Source of the DNA: Thermoplasmata archaeon
Lineage (GTDB): Archaea; Thermoplasmatota; Thermoplasmata; Lutacidiplasmatales; UBA184
Assembly (NCBI GenBank): GCA_030040775.1
Contig: JASHTB010000067.1
Location: forward strand, 1-39,775
DNA: 39,775 nucleotides
Direction of reading: 5' to 3'
The notes beneath the pieces are model-generated. The model saw only the letters and a list, made by a program, of their open reading frames with translations. It searched no databases and was not told the DNA's origin. Below, one piece after another: positions 18,834 to 27,642 of the stretch; within the stretch, counting starts at the first letter, position 1; each line of letters starts with the position of its first letter. The translations under genes were made by a program, and so were the position numbers.

Positions 18834-18935
18834 AGCGCCCAAACCACCACGACGAAAGAGAAGTCGCTTGCGAACCGTCCGGCATCGGAGGAACCTTTTT
18901 AGAGGGGGCCGATGTGTCGCGCCGAGGCGCTCCCA

Positions 18936-19667
18936 GTGTTCAAACTTCGCATCAAGATGGAGAATCTCCGTGAGCTCGTGGAGGTCGTCTCCACTCTCGT
19001 CAGCGAGGTCAAACTGAGCATTTCGAAAGACGGCGTCGAGGCGCGCGCGGTCGACCCGTCCCATGTAGCGATGCTGGTGATGAACCTCCAGAAGGGGGTT
19101 TTCGAGGAGTTCACCGGGGAACCGACCGAGATCGGCGTCGACGTGGAGAAGCTGAAGGAGGTCCTGCGACTCTCGAAACCCGGCGATGTCCTCGACCTTC
19201 AGTTCGACGGGAAGAACCGCCTGATCGCGTCGGTCGGCCGCCTCACACGTCAGATGGCGGTGGTCGACCCGGCCGGAATCACCGACCCGAAGGTTCCGAA
19301 CGTGAACCCTCCGGCGAGCGTGACCGTGAAGACCGACGACATCCGACAAGGGATTCGGGGCAGCGAAAGCTTCACCGACCACATCACCCTCACGCTGGAA
19401 CCGGACGCGTTCACGATGCACTCCGAGGGCGACACGGATCGCCTCGACCTTCGAATCCCCAAGGAGAGCCTGAGCCGCCTCGACGTGAAGGAGCCGGTGA
19501 AGAGCATGTACCCTCTCGATTTCTTCTCCGCGATGGTGAAGTCGATCGCGGCCGAAGAGGCGACGCTTCACGTCGGGAACGAGTACCCGCTCAAGGTCGA
19601 GTTCGCGATGGGCGGCGGACGAGGCGAGGGCCGATACCTCCTGGCGCCGCGGGTCGAAGAGGAGTAG
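18936..19667 (+). CDS. pcn: DNA polymerase sliding clamp PCNA
   Basis: RAVDPSHVAM, IGVDVEKL, YPLKVEF, YLLAPRVE. Start GTG 18936 (alternative 18912). Confidence 0.97.
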   Translation: MFKLRIKMENLRELVEVVSTLVSEVKLSISKDGVEARAVDPSHVAMLVMNLQKGVFEEFTGEPTEIGVDVEKLKEVLRLSKPGDVLDLQFDGKNRLIASVGRLTRQMAVVDPAGITDPKVPNVNPPASVTVKTDDIRQGIRGSESFTDHITLTLEPDAFTMHSEGDTDRLDLRIPKESLSRLDVKEPVKSMYPLDFFSAMVKSIAAEEATLHVGNEYPLKVEFAMGGGRGEGRYLLAPRVEEE

Positions 19668-19752
19668 GGCCCGACTCGAGCCGCCGTAGCGCGGTCCCGC
19701 AAAGCGAGCGCCCGCTCCGTCAGCTTCTTAATCCGGGCCCGGTCGCTCGAGC

Positions 19753-20958
19753 ATGACGACGAACTCTTCGCCGACGGTCGCGATCCTCTCCGCGGTCCGA
19801 ACTCCGATCGGCCGGTACGGAGGCGCTCTGAAGGCCGTGCCGGCGACCGCGCTCGGGATCCACGCGGCGCGCGCCGCGATTGCACGGTCGGGCCTCGCCC
19901 CCGACGCGATCGAGGAGGTCCTGCTCGGCCAGGCGATCGAGGCCGGTGCGGGGCAGAACCCGGCCCGGCAGGTCCTACGGGGCGCGGGCATACCCGACGC
20001 CGTCGGCGCGGCGACGATCAACATGGTCTGTGGCTCCGGCATGAAAGCGCTCCACTTCGGCTTCAGTGCGATCCGGGCGGGCGATTTCGACCGCGTGCTC
20101 GTGGGCGCGATGGAGAGCATGTCGAACGCTCCGTATCTCCTTCCCGCCGGACTCCGCTGGGGAAGCCTCCCCGGCTCGCATACGATGGACGACGCCATGC
20201 AGCGGGACGCGCTCCTTGATGCCTACGGAGAGCACGAGATCATGGGGCTCACCGGCGAGCGGATCGCGAAGAAGCTCGGTCTCACTCGGGCGGAGGTCGA
20301 TGCGTACGGCCTCCGAAGCCACCTGAGAGCCTCGAGGGCGGTCGCGGACGGTACGTTCTCGAGCGAGCTTGTCCCGATCCCCGCCGAGATGACGCCGGGG
20401 GGCGCCGGTCTCGACCACGACGAGGCGCCTCGGGCCGACACGACGCTCGAGAAGCTCGCGCGCCTGAAGCCAGTGTTCGCCCCGGACGGGGTCCTGACGG
20501 CGGGCAACTCCTCCAAGCTCTCCGACGGGGCGGCCGTGCTCGTGCTCGCGAGCGAACGCGAGGTGCGTCGGACGGGGGCCCAACCGCTTGCTTGGGTCCA
20601 CTCGATCGGCGAGAGTGGGGTCCACCCGCGGGACGTGATGGAGTCTCCGATCCCCACCGTTCGGCGCCATCTAGAAAAGACCGGTCTCTCCCCCCGCGAC
20701 TTCGACCGGGTCGAGCACAACGAGGCCTACGCGTCGGCCTCGATCGCGGTGCAGCGCACGTTCGGGTTCTCCGAGGAGCAGTTCAACGTGAACGGCGGCG
20801 CGGTCGCCCTGGGTCACCCGATCGGAGCGAGCGGTGCCCGGATCGTCGTCACCCTCGTCCACGAGCTCGTGCGCTCGGGCGGGCGTCGGGGCCTTGCAAC
20901 GCTCTGCATGGGCGGGGGCAACGGTCTCAGCACTATCGTCGAGCGACCTTCGGGCTAG
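19753..20958 (+). CDS. Acetyl-CoA C-acyltransferase (thiolase)
   Basis: RTPIG, GQNPARQ, INMVCGSG, ESMSNAP, TAGNSS, EHNEAY, GGAVALGHPIGASG, LCMGGG. Confidence 0.96.
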   Translation: MTTNSSPTVAILSAVRTPIGRYGGALKAVPATALGIHAARAAIARSGLAPDAIEEVLLGQAIEAGAGQNPARQVLRGAGIPDAVGAATINMVCGSGMKALHFGFSAIRAGDFDRVLVGAMESMSNAPYLLPAGLRWGSLPGSHTMDDAMQRDALLDAYGEHEIMGLTGERIAKKLGLTRAEVDAYGLRSHLRASRAVADGTFSSELVPIPAEMTPGGAGLDHDEAPRADTTLEKLARLKPVFAPDGVLTAGNSSKLSDGAAVLVLASEREVRRTGAQPLAWVHSIGESGVHPRDVMESPIPTVRRHLEKTGLSPRDFDRVEHNEAYASASIAVQRTFGFSEEQFNVNGGAVALGHPIGASGARIVVTLVHELVRSGGRRGLATLCMGGGNGLSTIVERPSG

Positions 20959-22172
20959 TGGATCGGGATCCCGAGTCGCCCCTCGACTTCCGCGAGGGCC
21001 TTCCTCGCCGCCGGACCTTCCCCTCGAGGTACCCCGGGGGCTGCGGCTGCGTCCAGAAGGCGCCCGAACTCGAGGACGCGAGCGGTCGCGCGGTCGGTCG
21101 CGAGGTTGTCGAGGAGGTCCATCCGAACGCCTCGGGCCAGCGCGAGCGCATCCGCGCTTCCCACCGTGCCTCCTGCTCCGCCCAGGAGCCATCGCCGGAT
21201 CGAGCGGATGACGCGTTCGTAGTCGTCCTTCGCTTCCGCGTATCCGATGGGAGACCAGGGGAGCCGTTCGGAGTAGCGAGGGCGCAGGAGGTACCAGCGC
21301 AACCCCGCCGCCGAACCGTCCGCGATCGCATCCCCGATCGTGACGAGGTTGCCTGTCGATTTCGACATCTTCGCTCCGTTCTGGAGGACGAACGCCGTGT
21401 GTAGGAAGTGACGGGAGAACGGACGGCCGTCCAGGGCGAAGGCGATCTCGTTCTCGGCGTGGTGATGCGGATAGACGAGGTCGAGACCGCCTCCGTGGAG
21501 GTCGACGGGGATTCCGATGTACCGGTTCGCCATGGCGTAGCACTCGAGGTGCCAACCCGGCATCCCCCGTCCCCACGGTCCCCTCCACGACGGAAGGGGC
21601 GGCTCCTGGCGTTGCCAGACCATGAACTCGCCCGCCGTCGCCTCGCTCTTCGGGAACGGGTGCCCCGGCTCGAACACCGCATGGCGGGAAAGCTCCGCGC
21701 TCACCGGGAAGTTCTGCTCCTGCGGACGCTCCGGCGGCCGATAGTACCAGGAATCTCCCGCGCGGTGGACCCGCCCGGTCTTCGCGAGAGCGGCGGCGAC
21801 CCGCACCATCCGAGGAATGAAGTCGCTCGCCCGAGGTCGCCGTGTGGGCCGAAGGATCCCGAGCTTGTCAAGGTCCCGAACGAAGCGGGCCTCCTCGCGC
21901 CGCGCAAGCGTTCGCCAGGAGATCCCGAGGGCGTCGGCCCGGTGGTCGATCTTCTCCTCAAAGTCGGTGATGTTCATCACGTGGCGGACCGGTATCCCCT
22001 CTGCGTTGAGCGTTCGACGCACGACGTCGAAGTAGAGGTACGTGCGCGCGTGGCCGACGTGCGCCGGTGCATAGACCGTAGGGCCGCAGACGTACATGCC
22101 GAGCGAACGGTCGGGCCGGCGACGAAGCGGGGAGATTCGGCCCGTGAGCGTGTCGTTGAGCCGGAGGGTCAT
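20955..22172 (-). CDS. Cysteine-tRNA ligase-like protein, C-terminally truncated (405 aa)
   Basis: MYVCGPTVY, HVGH, NITD, GRGMPGWHLEC, DLHGGGLDLVYPHH, KMSKS. Ends about 135 aa after KMSKS with no recognisable anticodon domain. Confidence 0.85.
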   Translation of the reverse strand: MTLRLNDTLTGRISPLRRRPDRSLGMYVCGPTVYAPAHVGHARTYLYFDVVRRTLNAEGIPVRHVMNITDFEEKIDHRADALGISWRTLARREEARFVRDLDKLGILRPTRRPRASDFIPRMVRVAAALAKTGRVHRAGDSWYYRPPERPQEQNFPVSAELSRHAVFEPGHPFPKSEATAGEFMVWQRQEPPLPSWRGPWGRGMPGWHLECYAMANRYIGIPVDLHGGGLDLVYPHHHAENEIAFALDGRPFSRHFLHTAFVLQNGAKMSKSTGNLVTIGDAIADGSAAGLRWYLLRPRYSERLPWSPIGYAEAKDDYERVIRSIRRWLLGGAGGTVGSADALALARGVRMDLLDNLATDRATARVLEFGRLLDAAAAPGVPRGEGPAARKALAEVEGRLGIPIH

Positions 22173-22342
22173 CCGGCGGTTGCGGCGCGTCGCCGCCCTT
22201 AACGGCTTCGTGGGTGGTTACCCCACCGCCGCCCGAGGGCGCGGCCCGCCAGGCCAGGAGCCCGTCCGGCGGTCCAGTCCCCCTCGGGGGGGGTGTCAGC
22301 TAGATTGAATAGACCGCTCGGCCGTGGCGAAGGAGGCATCGG

Positions 22343-22579
22343 ATGGAAACCCTCTACCTCCTGGTCGAGACCGAGATTGGCCGGCTCGACGAGGTCCTGA
22401 AGCGTGTGAAAGCCGTGCCCAGCGTGACCGAGGTCCAGGCGGTCACGGGCCCGTTCGACCTCATCGTGAAGGTCGAAGCGCCTCACATCAATGCCGCCCT
22501 GGACACCGTGGTGCACAAGATCCGGAAGATTCCGGGCATCAAGTCGACCGAGACGCTCGTCACGGTCGCCACCGGCTGA
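22343..22579 (+). CDS. Stand-alone Lrp/AsnC ligand-binding (RAM) domain protein
   Basis: AVTGPFDLIVKV, IRKIPGIKSTETL; no HTH; GGAGG RBS. Confidence 0.9.
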   Translation: METLYLLVETEIGRLDEVLKRVKAVPSVTEVQAVTGPFDLIVKVEAPHINAALDTVVHKIRKIPGIKSTETLVTVATG

Positions 22580-22637
22580 CCGGTCCCGCTCGACCCCTCG
22601 TCGGCCGTCAAATAGGGGCGAGGGGCTCCCCGACTCG

Positions 22638-23078
22638 ATGGTCGCGGTGGGAGAGTTGGCGCCCGACTTCGAGGCGCCGAACCAAGATGGGAGCCCCTTC
22701 CGATTGTCGTCGTTGCGGGGGGCGCCGGTGATCCTGTACTTCTATCCGAAAGCGGACACGCCGGGATGCACGATCGAGGCGAAGGGGTTCCGCGACCGGT
22801 ATCAGGAGTTTCAAGGGAAGAAGGTCCGCGTCGTGGGCGTGAGCACGGACGACTGCCCCGAGCAGAAGGCCTTCCAGCAGAAGTACGGCCTTCCGTTCCC
22901 CCTCATCGCCGACCGGACGAAGGCGGTCGCGACGAAGTTCGGCGTCCTCGGTCCCCGCGGGAACGCCCGAAGGGTCTCGTTCTTCTTGGACGAGCAGGGA
23001 AAGGTCGTGGAGGTCGTCGACACCTCGTCCCCCGACCCTCACCTCGAGCGCGCGCGCGCCCGCTACCTGACGCACTAG
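22638..23078 (+). CDS. bcp: Peroxiredoxin, Bcp/PrxQ family
   Basis: APDF, LYFYPKADTPGCTIEA, GVSTD, LPFPLIAD, RVSFFLD; start ATG 22638. Confidence 0.93.
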   Translation: MVAVGELAPDFEAPNQDGSPFRLSSLRGAPVILYFYPKADTPGCTIEAKGFRDRYQEFQGKKVRVVGVSTDDCPEQKAFQQKYGLPFPLIADRTKAVATKFGVLGPRGNARRVSFFLDEQGKVVEVVDTSSPDPHLERARARYLTH

Positions 23079-26000
23079 TCGGGCCGGTCGGCCGACCGAG
23101 GGGGACCGGGGGGGCCCCCGCCGACGCCGGCCGGCGGTCCGCGGGAAATCGGCGGAGCAGCTCTCCGCCGCCCTCCGAGCAGCGTCCAGACCCGGTCGCC
23201 GAGGAGCTTGAGCGAAGCGGGTACGAGGTAGGTCCTCACCACCATCGAGTCGAGGATCACCGCGACCGCGACCGAGAAGCCGATCGCCCGGATGAGCGTG
23301 AACGACCCGACCAGGAGAGCGCCGAAGGCGCTCGCGAGGATGACGGCCGCCGCGGTGATGATCCCGCCGGTGCGCGAGACCGCCTCGACCGCGGCCTCTC
23401 CGCTCGGCCGACCGTACCCTCGCTCTTCCCGGACGCGGGTCAACAGGAAGATGTTGTAATCGATCCCGAGGCCGAGGACGAGCATGATCAGCAGGGTCTG
23501 AACGTAGAAGAAGAGCGGGAACCCGAGGAGCTCATCGAACACGAGGTAGGTGACCGCCCAGGCCCAGGAGATGGACAGACCGATCGTCGCGACGGCCATG
23601 AGCGCGATGATCCAGGAGCGCAGGACGGCGAGGAGCACGACGACGAGGCCGACGCTGACCGCCACGACCAGGATCTCGGTCGCCCGGCTCGTCTGGTCGG
23701 CGAGGTCGCGGATGGTCGGAGCGCCCCCGCCGAACGCGACCGCCGTCACCTCGGGATGGGTCGACGCGTATCCGGCGAACGAGGCGGAGACGGAGGAGAC
23801 CGCGCTGACCGCGCCGACCGAGAGGCCGGCGTCGCTGGGGACCAGGTCGAGGAGAACGGTGCGTCCGTCCGTCCCGACGAACCCCGAGAGCGTGCCGACG
23901 AGGTTCGACCGGGTCGCGAGAGGGAGGGTCGACAGGTTGAGCCATTGCGAGAGCGGGGCTCCGTACGGTCCGACCGGCGAGCGGACGGCGGTGATTCCCG
24001 AGGTCGTGCTGGCGCGGTCGGTCAGCGTGGCGAGGTCGCTGAACTCGGTCGCGTTGGTGGAGTTCGACACGACGAGGGGAGAGGCGAACGTGACGAGAGC
24101 GTACGACGGGACCGCGAACCCAGGACCGAAATGGCTTGAGAGCTCGCTTAGGCCGTTGGTCGCCGGTTGCCCCGAGGGCAGCTGGGCATAGAAATCATAC
24201 GAGACAGGCGTGGTGAGGGCGACCGCCACGAGCGGAATCGAGATCAGGGCGACGACCAGGACGACGGCGACAGGTCGCCGGGCGGTCAGGCGGCCCGCGC
24301 GGTAGAAGTAGGTGTCCTCGGCCTTGAGGCGCGAGCGGAGGCGGGTCGCGTACCGGCTGAATCGGTCCCCGCTGAGGGGCCAGAAGATCCGCGGCCCGAT
24401 CAGCTTGAGGAGCGCCGGGATCATCGTCAGCGAAAGGAGGACCGTCGCGAGGACCGCGAGGGAGAGGACCGAGCCCCACTGGCTCAGGAGGGCAACTCCG
24501 CTGAACGCGAGCGCGACCATCGCGATGATCGCCGTGGAGCCGCTGGTCGCCACCGATTGGCCGGCCCAGGTCACGGCCCCGACGACGGCGTCGTCCGAGG
24601 TCTTGCCCTGGACGAGCTCCTCCCGGTAGCGCGCGGCGAGGAAGATCGAGTAGTCGGTGCCGACGCCGAGGACGAACACTTCTTCCAGCGTGATGGACGT
24701 CGTGTCGACGTGGCCGACCAGGGTCCCGATGAGAACCGTTCCTCCCAGGCCGAGCGCGAGGGCGATACCGAGCGCCGCGAACGTCACGAGCGGGGTGAGC
24801 GGGGAGCGGAAGTATGCCATCGCGATGACGAGAAGAAGCCCGACCGTCAGCGGGAGCACGAGCGCGATGGACGAGCTGGTCGACGTCTGCGTTAGGAGGT
24901 CGAGGGGGGCCGTCCCCGTCTGCACGAATCGGATCGTGAGCGTCGAGTCGTGCGCCCGCACGACCCCGGGGACGAGGGAATCGATCCGGTTCAGGTCGGC
25001 ATACACCGGGTCGGCCCCGCTCGCATTGGTCGCGTCGTCGCTCACCGAAAACCCGACCGAGACGATCGAAGCGGTTCCCGCTCCGTTCACGAACTCGGAG
25101 GAGATGGCGAGCGGCACCGGGAGCGGCTCACGGGCGAGGGTCGTCGCCAGGACGGTCGCGTTCGCCCAGGTCGAAGCGGCGCCGGCCGCCACGACGGCAG
25201 TCGGGAACGCGGTCCAGACCGTCAAGAGGAACGGAGGCGGGATTCCCTCGGACGGGCCGACGACCCCTACGACGACCGCCTGCACGGCCGGCCACGCAGT
25301 GAAGTTCTCGACTCCCAGTCCGAGGAGGGTGGCGTTCGCAACGGCCTGGGCCGGGGGCGGCAGGAGAACCGACACGAGCGGGGCCTCGGCCGTCCGGGCG
25401 GCCGCATCCGCACAGGCGACGACCGTCGCGGGATTCGCCGCGCAGGCGGCCGAGCCGTTGAACAGCGCGTAGAACGCGGAGAGCACGCGCGAAGCGGTCG
25501 CGTTCGCGAGCGTCGTGTTCGCTTGAACGAAGGCGGGGTAGTTCGCGCTCGAGGGGGCTGTGCCGTTCTTCACCAGCGCCTGCCAGTCCTCCACGAAGAG
25601 CGCCGGCGGCTGCCAGAAGAGGCTCGCCGACGCGTTGACGGCCGAGGGGAGCGCCCCGGGCCCCGAGATGACCGCGTGGAGGACTCCCCCGGAGAGCTCG
25701 GCCTCGGCGGCGAGGTACGCCGCGTACTCGGTGTAGACGCTCGAGACGGAAGCGACGTCGCTGAGCGAACGGTCGCTATCAAGCGCGGCCGTCACGTTCT
25801 GGACGACGGCCTGGCCGTTCGCGTCGGTGAGGTTCGGTCCGTAGAAGAGCAGGATCGAGGAGGAAGGGTTTTCCTCGTGCGGGAAGAGGGAGGCCAGTTC
25901 GGCGTCCGCCGCGGCGCTCGGGGAGTTCGACGGAAGCGATGTCGCCGAGTTGGTGGTGACCGAGCCGAGGAGAGGAAGGAACGGGACGGTCACGACGAGG

Positions 26001-26110
26001 AGCGCTACCCAGAACGCGACCGGGTACCACGGATGACGTACGATGAAGCGGCCGAGTAGAGCGAACCACCGGGCCCCTCCGGACCGTTCGCTCGCCCGAG
26101 GATGTTTCAC
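23075..26110 (-). CDS. MMPL/RND-family membrane transporter (1011 aa)
   Basis: Two TM bundles with GVGTDYSIFL..RYREE and GLGIDYNIFL..RVREE, VRTYLVPA, and large extracytoplasmic loops. Confidence 0.93.
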   Translation of the reverse strand: MKHPRASERSGGARWFALLGRFIVRHPWYPVAFWVALLVVTVPFLPLLGSVTTNSATSLPSNSPSAAADAELASLFPHEENPSSSILLFYGPNLTDANGQAVVQNVTAALDSDRSLSDVASVSSVYTEYAAYLAAEAELSGGVLHAVISGPGALPSAVNASASLFWQPPALFVEDWQALVKNGTAPSSANYPAFVQANTTLANATASRVLSAFYALFNGSAACAANPATVVACADAAARTAEAPLVSVLLPPPAQAVANATLLGLGVENFTAWPAVQAVVVGVVGPSEGIPPPFLLTVWTAFPTAVVAAGAASTWANATVLATTLAREPLPVPLAISSEFVNGAGTASIVSVGFSVSDDATNASGADPVYADLNRIDSLVPGVVRAHDSTLTIRFVQTGTAPLDLLTQTSTSSSIALVLPLTVGLLLVIAMAYFRSPLTPLVTFAALGIALALGLGGTVLIGTLVGHVDTTSITLEEVFVLGVGTDYSIFLAARYREELVQGKTSDDAVVGAVTWAGQSVATSGSTAIIAMVALAFSGVALLSQWGSVLSLAVLATVLLSLTMIPALLKLIGPRIFWPLSGDRFSRYATRLRSRLKAEDTYFYRAGRLTARRPVAVVLVVALISIPLVAVALTTPVSYDFYAQLPSGQPATNGLSELSSHFGPGFAVPSYALVTFASPLVVSNSTNATEFSDLATLTDRASTTSGITAVRSPVGPYGAPLSQWLNLSTLPLATRSNLVGTLSGFVGTDGRTVLLDLVPSDAGLSVGAVSAVSSVSASFAGYASTHPEVTAVAFGGGAPTIRDLADQTSRATEILVVAVSVGLVVVLLAVLRSWIIALMAVATIGLSISWAWAVTYLVFDELLGFPLFFYVQTLLIMLVLGLGIDYNIFLLTRVREERGYGRPSGEAAVEAVSRTGGIITAAAVILASAFGALLVGSFTLIRAIGFSVAVAVILDSMVVRTYLVPASLKLLGDRVWTLLGGRRRAAPPISRGPPAGVGGGPPGPPRSADRPD

Positions 26111-26140
26111 GGTAAAATCGAACAGGCCGGTGAGATAACC

Positions 26141-27097
26141 CTAGCGTCCGGCAGCGGAATCCGGCTCGGCCGCGCGGACCACGGAGTGGCCCCAGAGCGG
26201 GGGAAACGCGGCCGGGTCCACAAAGACCCGAGTCTCTCCGACGACCCAGCCGCGGCGCACCGAGGTGAGGTCGCGCGCGTCGTACCGGGCCACCCCGGTA
26301 GCGATCAGCGTGCCGGTCCGGTGGAGGAGGACGACGTGGGCCCCGCGGGCGAACGGTCGACGGACCGACAGGACCCCGCCTCTCGCGAGCCCGGCCCCGT
26401 GGGCGAGGGCGCTCGCGGCGCCGTCTCGCACGACGATCTGGGGAAACTCCGCCCAGACCTCCTCGATCGGGTGAAGGAGCGCGAGGAGCGGCTTCGGGTC
26501 GCCCGAGGCCCGGGCCGCGACAGCGTCCGCGAGCACGGTCAGGGGGACCGCGCTCCGCTCCTCGAACGGACCGGTCGCGATGCGCCTCAGTTCGTCGAGA
26601 TGGGCCCCGACGCCGAGAGCCTCGCCGAGGTCGACCGCGAGCGTGCGGACGTACGTCCCGGAGTCGGCGACGATGTCGAGCAGCAACCGGGGCGCTGCGC
26701 TCTCCACCAGGGTGAGGCGATGGACGGTGCGAACGCGCCGCTCCCGCCGGACCGCCGAGCGCACGGGAGGAGTCTGGTAGATCGGGCCGGTGAACTCCGC
26801 GAGAGCGCGGGAGAGCTCCCGGTGGGGTACCTCTCCATGGAGGACGACCGACGCGACGTACCGTTTCGGGAATTCGAGCACGAGGGGGATCAGCTTGAGC
26901 GCGGGACCGACGCCGACCCAAAGGAGGCCGGATACGTTCGGGTCGAGGGTCCCCGCGTGGCCCGCGACGTCGACGCCGAGGAGGTCCCGTGCCCAGGCGG
27001 TCGCCTGGTGCGAGGACGGGCCCCGCGGTTTGTCGAGCAGAAGGAACGCGCCCGCCCGGATCCGGGAGGCGACCGGGTCCGCCGGCTCGGCGCTCAT
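26141..27097 (-). CDS. cbf5: Cbf5/TruB pseudouridine synthase with PUA domain
   Basis: LDKPRGPSSHQ, GHAGTLDP, IYQTPPVRSAV, SGTYVRTL, LRR. ATG 27097 overlaps the cmk stop. Confidence 0.95.
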   Translation of the reverse strand: MSAEPADPVASRIRAGAFLLLDKPRGPSSHQATAWARDLLGVDVAGHAGTLDPNVSGLLWVGVGPALKLIPLVLEFPKRYVASVVLHGEVPHRELSRALAEFTGPIYQTPPVRSAVRRERRVRTVHRLTLVESAAPRLLLDIVADSGTYVRTLAVDLGEALGVGAHLDELRRIATGPFEERSAVPLTVLADAVAARASGDPKPLLALLHPIEEVWAEFPQIVVRDGAASALAHGAGLARGGVLSVRRPFARGAHVVLLHRTGTLIATGVARYDARDLTSVRRGWVVGETRVFVDPAAFPPLWGHSVVRAAEPDSAAGR

Positions 27098-27642
27098 GCG
27101 GCTTCGGCCTTCTCGCGCGTTTCGAGGTAGGTGACGATCGCGTCCGTGACCGCCTCGGGTCCCCGCGAGGTCGAGTCGACCGTAAAGTCGCCCTTCTCTC
27201 GCTCGAGGTCGATCCCGTAGTCGCGCCGGTAGCGCCGGCGCTCGCTCTCCTCCCGTTCCCGAAGGAGCGCCCGGGCCTCGGCGACCGACTGGCCGTCCCG
27301 GAAGGCGAGCCGCCGGGCCCGTTCCCCCTCCGAGGCCGTCACGACGACGGCGTGGACCGGGATCCCGTTCCGCTGGCAGAGCACGCCCTGGATCCGTCCG
27401 TCCAGGAGGCGACCGGGCGTCGCAAGCGCCTGCATCGCCCGGTCGAGCTCCTGGTCGACCTCGGGATGGGACTCGGCGTAGCGATTGAACTCCTCGACCG
27501 TCATCCCCTGACGGGTGCCCTCGGCCCGGAAGATCTCCCCGGCCGACCGGTACTCGAGGGAGAGCCGGTCGGCGACCCGGCGTCCGGCCGTTGATTTCCC
27601 ACTGCCGGGAGGCCCGCCGACGGTGACGACGCGCCGGATCAC
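27094..27642 (-). CDS. cmk: Cytidylate kinase (archaeal type)
   Basis: TVGGPPGSGKST, SAGEIFR, LDGR, REESERRRY..YGID. GTG 27642 forms a GTGA overlap with the upstream stop. Confidence 0.92.
   Translation of the reverse strand: MIRRVVTVGGPPGSGKSTAGRRVADRLSLEYRSAGEIFRAEGTRQGMTVEEFNRYAESHPEVDQELDRAMQALATPGRLLDGRIQGVLCQRNGIPVHAVVVTASEGERARRLAFRDGQSVAEARALLREREESERRRYRRDYGIDLEREKGDFTVDSTSRGPEAVTDAIVTYLETREKAEAA

Noticed and set aside
22245-22275. GCCAGGCC..GGAGC resembling SRP RNA helix 8
   Set aside because: It lacks the GGAA tetraloop and AGCA pairing pattern, and the gap is too short for an archaeal 7S RNA.
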